NCBI GenBank assembly: GCA_002842925.1
Contig: PHEL01000001.1
Location: forward strand, 6,691-70,690
Reading direction: 5' to 3'
Length of the DNA: 64,000 bases
DNA from: Alphaproteobacteria bacterium HGW-Alphaproteobacteria-14
Lineage (GTDB): Bacteria; Pseudomonadota; Alphaproteobacteria; Sphingomonadales; Sphingomonadaceae
Shown here one piece after another: positions 24,651-32,129 of the stretch. The notes beneath the pieces are model-generated. The model saw only the letters and a program-made list of their open reading frames with translations, made no database searches and was not told where the DNA came from. Numbering within the stretch: position 1 is the first letter of the stretch; each line of letters opens with the position of its first letter. The position numbers and the translations under genes were made by a program.

Positions 24651-24678
24651 GCCCCGCCCGGCACACGCCGGGCGGGGC
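24651..24678 (+). terminator. Perfect 12-bp hairpin after DUF736
   Basis: GCCCCGCCCGGC-ACAC-GCCGGGCGGGGC followed by TT. Confidence 0.7.
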
Positions 24679-24814
24679 TTCGTCCGTGAAAGGTCCGTAT
24701 GGCGAACCGACAGATCAGGTATGGGACGCACAGCTAACGACCCAAGCGCCAACGCTGGCAATAAATGCTCGTTTTCCGATAGTTCGTCAGGGTGAGATAG
24801 CTCGAAAAGCGCGC

Positions 24815-25093
24815 TCAACGATAAAATTCGACCTTAAATTGTACGGGGCCAATCGGCCTGACGAAATGCACCTGTCGAGGCTCGATAATGACGTGCTCAC
24901 CGGTGTTAACGGCATGGACTTGAGCCGGTTCCCCCGGAACGTGGTATTCAATGCTACCAGCGATCACGCAAAGCTTGCCCCAAACTCCGGCCTTGAGGTC
25001 GTGCTTTGAGGTGATCTTTTCAGGAACCGTCTGTTCGCTAAAAAGCGGTGTTTCCGAATACTTGTGAACACCATCTGGCATTACCTTCGACAT
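24815..25093 (-). CDS. DUF1971 (YeaR / TehB N-terminal-like) protein
   Basis: YSETPLFSEQTVPEKITSKHDLKAGVWGKLCVIAG...IEPRQVHFV...FKVEFY. Confidence 0.85.
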   Translation of the reverse strand: MSKVMPDGVHKYSETPLFSEQTVPEKITSKHDLKAGVWGKLCVIAGSIEYHVPGEPAQVHAVNTGEHVIIEPRQVHFVRPIGPVQFKVEFYR

Positions 25094-25095
25094 GC

Positions 25096-25554
25096 CTATT
25101 CTCCGATCCCGACAAAGACGGTAATGATCAGTATCGCAACGCCAAATAGGGCGACCGCGAACGGCACGATCAAAATCTGACCATAAACTGCTGTTTTGTC
25201 CATCAGCCCCGTCCAGGTATCGAGCATCTTGCCTTGTTCGAGCGGTGACTTGGCTTCTTGCCCTGCCTGACGAGCGCCAATCCGCGCCACCCCGAAATAG
25301 ACTGCGGTGTAAAGCACGGAAATCACGATAGCGAAACGTGCCGAAACGCTGTCACCCGTCGCCGCGAAAATAGTGGCAAAGAACACCGCATAGCAGGACA
25401 GCATCGCTGCCCAAACGCCGCGCGGCAGTTGGAACCCAGGATTCTGTGGCGCGACAGGCGGTGCGGCCAGGGGCTGAAGTATGCTATCCAGCGGCTGAAG
25501 TTCCGCCTCCAGATCGGCTTCCCGTTCGGCTACAATCGATTGCTGTTCAAACAT
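25096..25554 (-). CDS. Hypothetical membrane protein
   Basis: Overlaps the haemoglobin stop; three hydrophobic segments; LDTWTG motif. Confidence 0.7.
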   Translation of the reverse strand: MFEQQSIVAEREADLEAELQPLDSILQPLAAPPVAPQNPGFQLPRGVWAAMLSCYAVFFATIFAATGDSVSARFAIVISVLYTAVYFGVARIGARQAGQEAKSPLEQGKMLDTWTGLMDKTAVYGQILIVPFAVALFGVAILIITVFVGIGE

Positions 25555-26026
25555 GGGGGAGGTTCCTTCCTGCTTTGGTTCCGGAGATCCCGTCTCGCCG
25601 GATCGTGATCCCTGTAAGGAGACTGTCGGCGATGGCGCGCGCCCGTTCGGCGACAAGCGCAGTGCCTTCCGGCTGCGGTCCGAGCGCGTCTAAAGTTGCG
25701 TAGAAAAGCTCGAGCCAGCGCACGAAATGGGATTCCTCAAGACCAGGGATCGCCATGTGCTTGACCATCGGGTTTCCTGAGAACTCTCCGCTATTGAAGA
25801 GGATGGAGCGCCAAAAGGTTTTCATCCGTTCCAGATGCGGGGGCCAATCAGAGATACGCTCTGCGAAGATGGGAGCGAGCAGTTCATCCTCCCGAATATT
25901 GGCGTAGAAGCGCTCCACCATGAGCGATACGAAACGCTCATCGACACCCAGTGCCACGGCATGTGCGCGTTTCTCTGCCCTTGCCGCGTGTACTTGCTCT
26001 CGTGATTTCTCGGTTGTGGTATGCAT
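25547..26026 (-). CDS. Group III truncated haemoglobin
   Basis: VERFYANIREDELLAPIF, DWPPHLERMKTFWRS, FSGNPMVKH, HFVRWLELF. Confidence 0.92.
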   Translation of the reverse strand: MHTTTEKSREQVHAARAEKRAHAVALGVDERFVSLMVERFYANIREDELLAPIFAERISDWPPHLERMKTFWRSILFNSGEFSGNPMVKHMAIPGLEESHFVRWLELFYATLDALGPQPEGTALVAERARAIADSLLTGITIRRDGISGTKAGRNLPHV

Positions 26027-26041
26027 CTGGAACGCTCTCTT

Positions 26042-26105
26042 AAGAGGTATTTGATATACCTGTTAAAGCGTCTTGGAGAGAAAAGCAATATTTGATATAC
26101 CTGTT
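26042..26105. promoter_or_regulatory. NsrR-type operator, partly duplicated as a 17-bp direct repeat
   Basis: AAGAGGTAT-TTGAT-ATACCTGTT (26042-64); TATTTGATATACCTGTT occurs exactly at 26048 and 26089. Confidence 0.75.
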
Positions 26106-26107
26106 TT

Positions 26108-26542
26108 ATGCAGTTAAACCTTCGAACAGATTATGCCTTGCGAATGCTGATGGCCCTCGCCGCCAAGGATGAGGTGGTGTCGATCGACTGGCTGGCCGAT
26201 CATTATGGCATCTCGCGCAATCATCTTGCCAAGGTTGCGCAAGAGCTGGTCGCGGCAGGCTATGTCGCCTCGCTGCGAGGAAGGGGTGGCGGGCTACGAC
26301 TGGCGCGGCCCCCAGCAGAGATAAACGTGGGCGAGGTGGTCCGGAGATTGGAGAATCTCACGGGCTTCGTGGCTTGCATGGGGGGCAAGGAGAACTGCGC
26401 CATTGACGGTGTCTGCGGCCTAAAACCTGCGCTCGCTGGCGCTATCGACGCCTTTCTGACGCATCTCGATCAATTTGATCTTGCACAGATTACAGCGTCA
26501 AAGTCCCGGCTGCTTCGTCAATTGAATCCGGAAGAGGCCTGA
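26108..26542 (+). CDS. nsrR: Rrf2-family regulator, NsrR-like
   Basis: MQLNLRTDYALRMLM, ISRNHLAKV, RGRGGGLRLAR, three Cys (FVACM, ENCAI, VCGLK). Confidence 0.85.
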   Translation: MQLNLRTDYALRMLMALAAKDEVVSIDWLADHYGISRNHLAKVAQELVAAGYVASLRGRGGGLRLARPPAEINVGEVVRRLENLTGFVACMGGKENCAIDGVCGLKPALAGAIDAFLTHLDQFDLAQITASKSRLLRQLNPEEA

Positions 26543-26618
26543 GCCAAGTATTGCCCGCCTTCCACTCGTTTTCAGCCGTTTGAAACGCCATTTGCGCAGC
26601 CCGAAAGCGGACACCCCG

Positions 26619-26849
26619 CTAAGTTGCCAGTTTGTCGCCTTCCGCAGTTTCAAGCAATTCCGCGGGCTCGATACCTAACTCGACTGCCAGCTTTTCGATC
26701 ACATCCAGCGTTGCGGCATACTGACAGCGCTCAAGGCTGCTGACATAGGTCCGGTCGATCTGTGCGCGATGGGCAAGTTCTTCCTGCGACAGGCCGACCG
26801 CTTTTCGATAGCGGCGCAAATTGGCAGCAAAGGTCTCGCGCAGGGTCAT
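26619..26849 (-). CDS. XRE-family HTH regulator, QseC-like
   Basis: FAANLRRYRKAVGLSQEELAHRAQIDRTYVSSLER; divergent from the qseM-like gene. Confidence 0.85.
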   Translation of the reverse strand: MTLRETFAANLRRYRKAVGLSQEELAHRAQIDRTYVSSLERCQYAATLDVIEKLAVELGIEPAELLETAEGDKLAT

Positions 26850-26870
26850 GCTGGCGAGTGAGCGGGATTG

Positions 26871-26899
26871 CAGAGTATTTAACCACGGAGTATACTCTG
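26871..26899. promoter_or_regulatory. Candidate XRE/QseC operator
   Basis: CAGAGTAT-N13-ATACTCTG, 22 bp upstream of the XRE start codon. Confidence 0.55.
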
Positions 26900-27044
26900 A
26901 ATGAAAGTAGGTATGTGCTAATTTCGCGAAAAGCTTTGAAACTCAGCGGCTTTTGTCGTGCGCCCCGTTAGCCTCAATTGGAATATCGCATTACCTGTTT
27001 GGGGATAAGCGGCATAGCTAAGAGTGGCGAAGGATTTCGTGCTA

Positions 27045-27078
27045 AAAGCAAGCCCGAAAGCAAGCCCGAAAGCAAGCG
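27045..27078. repeat. 12-bp tandem repeat (about 2.8 copies) upstream of the qseM-like gene
   Basis: AAAGCAAGCCCG AAAGCAAGCCCG AAAGCAAGCG. Confidence 0.9.
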
Positions 27079-27097
27079 AGTCGAAACCGAGCTGACC

Positions 27098-27358
27098 ATG
27101 ACTGAGACCCCTGCCTTCCAGGACCTTCCGCCGCTGTCCGAACACGTCACGGACTATGATGAAGCGCATTTCGTCACCTATCTGCGCCTGCTTGATGCCG
27201 CTGCGGAAGGCGCGGATTGGCGCGAAGTTGTCCGACTTGTGTTTGGCCTCGATCCCGCTGACGACCCAGACGCAGCGCGCGCGATGCACGCGGCGCACCT
27301 CGAGCGCGCACGATGGATGGCGCGTAGTGGCTACAGGCAATTGATCGCGAAGGATTAA
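27098..27358 (+). CDS. qseM: Small DUF2285 protein, QseM-like antiactivator
   Basis: VTDYDEAHFVTYLRLLDA..EGADW.E....FGLDP..DP..AR....HLERARWM...GY closely resembles QseM as recalled. Start moved to 27098. Confidence 0.8.
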   Translation: MTETPAFQDLPPLSEHVTDYDEAHFVTYLRLLDAAAEGADWREVVRLVFGLDPADDPDAARAMHAAHLERARWMARSGYRQLIAKD

Positions 27359-27518
27359 TTGCGAGCCAATTTCAACTTTGTGCAATTCTAGGTAATTTCA
27401 CGCGTCTGCTTGTACCGCCGCGAAGAGCAGCAAAGAGAAGATTCGGATACTTCCCGATTCTTCAATTCTCTCAAACGTTTCAGTCTGGCCAAGCTGCCCT
27501 CTACCAAAGGAGGTTGCA

Positions 27519-28305
27519 ATGTCGGGAGAAGGCTCCTGGCGCTCAGCCGATTATGCCGAGCGCTTCGAGACCCATGACCATGCGGATTTCGCGCAGGAAT
27601 TCTTGCGCCGCAACCCCGACTATGCCCGCGAATACACTCAAACAGAGCAACGCGCACTTGCCGCTCTGGCAAACGCACAGGAAGAAAGTGAGGGCCTGGC
27701 TCGGCGATGGGGCCTGAGCTTTCCCCTGCGATCCGAACAAATCCGCGAAGGATGAACCGGCGCATTGGTCGCCCGAGGTGCTGGGGACGACGATCATCCA
27801 GACGGGAGTCGAGCCTGCCAAACGCCTGCTCTCGGACCTTTCCTGGATTGGGGTTCATAGATGTGCTTGTTCGGACGGACTGCACTACGTTCTGACCAGC
27901 ACCTTTGGCCGCTACCGGCTGTGGCAATCGGATCTGGCAGTCGGTCTTTCACGTGCCTTCCTTGTACCAGACGACGCATTCGCCTCCATGCGATCCGAGG
28001 CCCTTTATCGCTTCCAGCTTGCGCGCGCAGGTCGCCGGGCTGCGCTCCAAACCTCCAATATCTCCCCTAGCGAATACCAGCGCCGCAGGCTGGCCAACAT
28101 GCTGGCGATGCTCGACGGGCGCGAAGCCGGTGCCACCATCCGTGAGCTTGCCTTCACGCTCGTCTATCCCAATTCCCGCCTTCTTAGAGGCGCTGAATGG
28201 AAGGCCTCGGGCGAAAAACGCCATGTGCTGCGCCTCCTCAAATCAGCGCTGAATTTGCGCGGCGGCGGCTACCGCGCCTTTCCCGGTTTCGACCGCTCCA
28301 TCTGA
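27519..28305 (+). CDS. fseA: DUF6499-DUF2285 activator (FseA-like), about 261 aa via +1 frameshift; appears as two ORFs, 27519-27755 and 27778-28305
   Basis: ORF1 has W.S...Y...FAQEFLRRNPDY (DUF6499-like); ORF2 has RLANMLAMLDG..AGATIRELA...W (DUF2285-like). The +1 frame is open from the slip site into ORF2. Confidence 0.8.
27705..27725 (+). other. Programmed +1 ribosomal frameshift site
   Basis: CGA.TGG.GGC.CTG.AGC.TTT.CCC fits the msi172-type consensus as recalled, SRV.TGG.GGN.NTN.NNN.TTT.CSY. Confidence 0.8.
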
Positions 28306-28426
28306 TGGGGGGGACAGCTTTGGCCACCTCCCTTTGGTCACTCCCTTCGCCGCGCCACCTTGCTCCATCTCACTCCGCAACCAGCAGCACTGCGCTGCAG
28401 CAACCTGTCTCAAGCGGAGATATTCC

Positions 28427-28699
28427 ATGGACGCCGTTCCCGCCCCGATCCGCCCGCGTTATCTGCGCACCCCCGATGCCGCCGTGCATCTGGGCCTTTC
28501 GCCGCGCACGCTCGAGAAGCATCGCTGCTTTGGCACTGGTCCTGTCTATCGCAAGCTGGGTGGGCGGATCGTCTACCGGCTCGACGATCTCGACAGCTGG
28601 GCCGAACAGGGCCTGCGCCGCTCGACCAGCGATCCGGGCAAGGGCGTGGTCCATCCCGCCAAGCGGATCGACGGCTATTCCGGTCCCGTCCGGCGTTGA
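28427..28699 (+). CDS. rdfS: HTH excisionase / recombination directionality factor, RdfS-like
   Basis: YLRTPDAAVHLGLSPRTLEKHRCFGTGPVYRKLGGRIVYRLDDLDSW; RBS GCGGAG. Confidence 0.8.
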   Translation: MDAVPAPIRPRYLRTPDAAVHLGLSPRTLEKHRCFGTGPVYRKLGGRIVYRLDDLDSWAEQGLRRSTSDPGKGVVHPAKRIDGYSGPVRR

Positions 28700-28710
28700 A
28701 GGTCAGGCCC

Positions 28711-29604
28711 ATGCCCGCCCGCCAGACTTCTGCCCCGTCCCTCTCTAGCGCGGCACAGCAGCTCGATCTGTTCGTCGGGGCCGGAGGCGATATCGCGGCG
28801 CGCGATGCCCAGGACCTGATGGCCTGGCCTTTCTTCAGCCTCGCCAAGTCGAAGCGCGTCAAACCGATCGATTTTCGTATGGGCGAGGTTGCGATCCTCG
28901 TCGAAGCGACCGCCGAACACGGCATGGCGACCATCTGGGATGCCGATGTGCTGATCTGGGTGGCGAGCCAGATCGTCGAGGCGCGCGATGCCGGAAGGCC
29001 GACCTCGCGGCTAATCGCGGCCACCCCGCATGAAATTCTTGCCTTCACCCGGCGCGGGACCGGCAAGGCGGGCTATGACCGGTTGAAAGCGGCGCTCGAC
29101 CGGCTCCAATCGACTACCGTTGCGACCTCGATCCGACAACTTGGCGCACGCCGCCGTCACCGCTTCTCCTGGATCAACGAATGGCGCGAGCGCCTCGATG
29201 CCAATGGCCGCGCGCTCGGTATCGAGATGATTGTGCCCGACTGGTTCTATGAAGGCGTGCTCGACCGGGCGCTCGTGCTCACCATCGACCCGGCCTATTT
29301 CCAGCTGACCGGCGGGCTCGAACGCTGGCTCTACCGCATCGTGCGCAAGCATGGCGGCAGGCAAAAGGGCGGGTGGAGCTTCGATATTGCGCACCTCCAC
29401 CTCAAGTCCGGGGCGCTCTCGCCGCTGAAGCGCTTCGCGTTCGATATGCGCGATATCGTGCGGCGCCAGCCACTGCCGGGCTACACCCTGACCCTCGAGC
29501 ACCAGCTGGGCCGCGAGCGACTGAATTTCGTAGCTCTGCCCGTCGATCCTTTCGATGCCGCCATGCGGCGGATCGGTATGACCCCTGTGGACAAGTCGGT
29601 ATGA
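28711..29604 (+). CDS. repA: Replication initiator protein A (RPA family)
   Basis: QQLDLF, RDAQDLMAWPFFSLAK, GMATIWDADVLIW, RFSWINEW, YFQLTGGLERWLYRIVRKHGG. Start moved to 28711. Confidence 0.9.
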   Translation: MPARQTSAPSLSSAAQQLDLFVGAGGDIAARDAQDLMAWPFFSLAKSKRVKPIDFRMGEVAILVEATAEHGMATIWDADVLIWVASQIVEARDAGRPTSRLIAATPHEILAFTRRGTGKAGYDRLKAALDRLQSTTVATSIRQLGARRRHRFSWINEWRERLDANGRALGIEMIVPDWFYEGVLDRALVLTIDPAYFQLTGGLERWLYRIVRKHGGRQKGGWSFDIAHLHLKSGALSPLKRFAFDMRDIVRRQPLPGYTLTLEHQLGRERLNFVALPVDPFDAAMRRIGMTPVDKSV

Positions 29605-29757
29605 TGTCCGGACTATCAGGAACCCCCGCATTCGGACGATCAGGAACCCGATGTTCGGACTATCGGGAACCGAAATGCCGCGCAAAGCCGCAGAAATGCT
29701 GGGCTGCTGCGCCCCTTAACTATGCTAACAAGGAATCTTCCAGATTCCTGCTAACCT
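29586..29757. repeat. Putative oriV: DnaA-box-like site, three 16-bp iterons, TAAC repeats and a hairpin
   Basis: TGTGGACAA 29586; CGGACTATCAGGAACC 29609, CGGACGATCAGGAACC 29633, CGGACTATCGGGAACC 29656; then TTAAC/CTAAC repeats around AGGAATC/GATTCCT. Confidence 0.75.
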
Positions 29758-29765
29758 CGCAGCGC

Positions 29766-30287
29766 CTGTGCACGGATGGCGCGGCGGAGCCTCCCTCTAC
29801 CAATCAGTGCATTCAGGATGGCAATCCGCCTCTCACCCATGTCACGCTGGTGTGGCAGCAAGGCGTGCGCGAAGACTGGCTGCGTTTTGGCAAGCCGGTT
29901 GCCGAACGCATTCTGGATCGCCGCACCCGCATCGAGAGCTATGCGCCGGGTCAGGTGTTCGCTTTGGTTCGCTGGGCCTCCAATGATTACGGCACCGTTC
30001 GTTCAACGCTCGATATCGTGCGCGCAGTCGCCAGCGGCGAAGACTTCACCACCGTGCCGCAAGTTAACCCTGGCGGCGAAATCCTCCTGTCGGTTCGAGG
30101 CTGGCGGAAGGTTCGCCAGACCTTTGAGCTGATCGACGGCATCGAACAGGCGGGCCACGATCCGTGCGAAGTCGCACCCGATCACTGGCGGCATATGCAC
30201 AACAGGCTGGCAGCGGGTATGAAGCCTCGCTGTTACTCCCCCCGTCGCCACCTTGCTTGGCTGCTTCGCCGGAAACTGCAATCATGA
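29766..30287 (+). CDS. DUF2840 family protein (start codon unclear)
   Basis: LTHVTLVW...DWLRFG...FALVRWASNDYGT...VPQVNPGGEILL...GW.KV...PDHWRHMHNRL. No in-frame ATG near the domain start; CTG at 29766 is a placeholder. Confidence 0.7.
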   Translation: MCTDGAAEPPSTNQCIQDGNPPLTHVTLVWQQGVREDWLRFGKPVAERILDRRTRIESYAPGQVFALVRWASNDYGTVRSTLDIVRAVASGEDFTTVPQVNPGGEILLSVRGWRKVRQTFELIDGIEQAGHDPCEVAPDHWRHMHNRLAAGMKPRCYSPRRHLAWLLRRKLQS

Positions 30288-30970
30288 AGCGGCGAACGAT
30301 CCTTCTGGCAGCCACAGTTGCGGCGGCGGCACTGCTGAGCGCGGCTCTGCCCATGTCGCGCATTCTTCTCTGGAATGCGACCGCCAGCGTGCCGACCGGG
30401 CTCTACCATATTCGCGGGACAGCGAGCCTCCATGTCGGCGAGCGGGTGGCCATCGATCCGCCGCCCGGGCTCCGCACCTATCTCGCTGAGCGCGGCTATC
30501 TTCCCTCCGGCGTGCCGCTGCTGAAGGAGGTCGCGGCGCTGCGCGGCGACATCGTTTGCCGCCATGACCTCGTCATCACGATCAATGGCAAACCGGCAGG
30601 CGAGGCGCGTGTGCTCGACAGCCAGGCGCGCCCACTACCCGACTGGCAGGGCTGCCAAATTATCGGCGCTGATGAAATCTTCGTGATGAGCAGGAGCGCG
30701 CCCGGCAGCTTCGACGGGCGCTACTTTGGGCCGATTGTGCGCGCGCAGGTGATCGGACGCGCAAACCCTGTCTGGACCGACGAAGCGGGCAACGGCGTGC
30801 ATGTCTGGTTCGCCCGTCAGCATTTGATCCCAATCGCCAACACCAACTCTAACAACACCAAGGAGACCAAACATGACATGTATCGGCACATTCACCGCGC
30901 GCCCCGATGGCTTCGAAGGCCGCCTACAAACGCTAACGATCGACAGCGCCTTGACCATTGTCCCTGCTGA
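30284..30970 (+). CDS. traF: S26-family peptidase / TraF
   Basis: WNATASVPTGLY, LLKEVAALRGDIVCR, SFDGRYFGP. The C-terminal tail overlaps the next gene by 98 bp. Confidence 0.88.
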   Translation: MKRRTILLAATVAAAALLSAALPMSRILLWNATASVPTGLYHIRGTASLHVGERVAIDPPPGLRTYLAERGYLPSGVPLLKEVAALRGDIVCRHDLVITINGKPAGEARVLDSQARPLPDWQGCQIIGADEIFVMSRSAPGSFDGRYFGPIVRAQVIGRANPVWTDEAGNGVHVWFARQHLIPIANTNSNNTKETKHDMYRHIHRAPRWLRRPPTNANDRQRLDHCPC

Positions 30971-31205
30971 GCCGGGCGAAGCCGAAAACACACCGGACTT
31001 CCGTATCATGGCTGGCGAGGGCGATACCGCCTTCGAAGTCGGAGCAGGCTGGATGCGCGTCGGCGACAAGGCGGGTGCCTATGTCGCGGTCCTGATCGAC
31101 GATCCGGCGCTCATGCAACCGCTGCGCGCGAATCTGTTCCAGTCGGACCCGCGCACCCATGTGCTGATGTGGTCACGCCCCTCACGCCGCGAAGCGAAGG
31201 ACTAA
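30873..31205 (+). CDS. DUF736 family protein (copy 2)
   Basis: MTCIGTF...PDFRI...EVGAGW...YVAVLIDDP...LRANLF...LMWSR; RBS AAGGAG. Confidence 0.88.
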   Translation: MTCIGTFTARPDGFEGRLQTLTIDSALTIVPAEPGEAENTPDFRIMAGEGDTAFEVGAGWMRVGDKAGAYVAVLIDDPALMQPLRANLFQSDPRTHVLMWSRPSRREAKD

Positions 31206-31208
31206 GCG

Positions 31209-31889
31209 ATGCGCGACCATCGACTGGTCTCTGCGGCCTTGGCTGCACTGGCCTGCGCCTACCCGGCTCCCATTCATGCGCAGACAGGTTCAACCGGTTC
31301 GCAAGCACAGCGCATCGATATCGACGTCCATGTGCGCGAAGCTGCACAGCGCTTCGGTATTCCTGAGCACTGGATCTATGCGGTAATCCGCATCGAAAGC
31401 GCGGGCCGGACGCGCGCCGTGTCATCCGCCGGGGCCATGGGTCTGATGCAACTGATGCCCGGAACCTGGGCGCGCCAGCGCGACCGGTTTGCGCTCGGCA
31501 GCGATCCCTTCGATCCGCGTGACAACATCATGGCAGGAACATCTTACCTGCGGGAAATGTATGACCGCTATGGCGCACCGGGTTTCCTTGCGGCCTATAA
31601 TGCTGGACCGGGACGGTATGAGGCATGGCGTGCAGGACGGCGTTCGCTCCCGCTCGAAACGCGTCGGTATGTCGCCAAGATTGTGCCCATGCTGCAGGCG
31701 GAACGCATTTTCGTTGCAGCGACCCAGCCACCGATGAGCGAAGCATTGCCCGCATTTACTGCGCAAACGGCTACACCATTAATCCCAGCAGAAGCCAACG
31801 AACAGCAAGCTCCGACCAATCCGTTCGCGCGTGCCGATCAGCCTTCGCACGACCTCTTCGCACCTGTCTCCACAGTCAGCGATCAATGA
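31209..31889 (+). CDS. Lytic transglycosylase (SLT)
   Basis: AVIRIESAG, SSAGAMGLMQLMPGTW, LAAYNAGPGR, LPLETRRY. Confidence 0.92.
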   Translation: MRDHRLVSAALAALACAYPAPIHAQTGSTGSQAQRIDIDVHVREAAQRFGIPEHWIYAVIRIESAGRTRAVSSAGAMGLMQLMPGTWARQRDRFALGSDPFDPRDNIMAGTSYLREMYDRYGAPGFLAAYNAGPGRYEAWRAGRRSLPLETRRYVAKIVPMLQAERIFVAATQPPMSEALPAFTAQTATPLIPAEANEQQAPTNPFARADQPSHDLFAPVSTVSDQ

Positions 31890-32129
31890 TGCCCGCAATC
31901 ATGCTCTCGCGCCCGGCTTCGTCCTTTGGCGAAGCTTGGGGATGTATGGTGGGAAGCGTCAGAAAGGGGAAAGGAGGATGGCGAGATAAAAGCACCGCCG
32001 TCGGCCGGGATGCAGGTGGTTGGTTTTATTGGGCAATATGCGCCGTCTTGGCATATGCCCTGCCGTCGCTTCTGGCGAATTCTCTCACAATTTCAACGGC
32101 CGATGCGCCGTCGCCAGGCTTCCTCCCCC
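31890..32129. other. Candidate oriT region
   Basis: Non-coding gap between the SLT gene and the relaxase, the usual oriT position in this ICE type; no nick site confidently identified. Confidence 0.4.

Noticed and set aside
23963-24664. 233-aa minus-strand ORF
   Set aside because: Antisense to DUF736 and the hairpin region; no recognisable domain.
25030-25050. TTCGCTAAAAAGCGG, similar to the boundary motif near 38950
   Set aside because: Lies inside the DUF1971 coding sequence (TPLFSEQ codons); likely chance.
29609-29671. Repeat-spacer-like pattern considered as a mini CRISPR array
   Set aside because: 16-bp repeats with 7-8 bp spacers next to repA are iterons; no cas genes and no CRISPR array were seen in the window.
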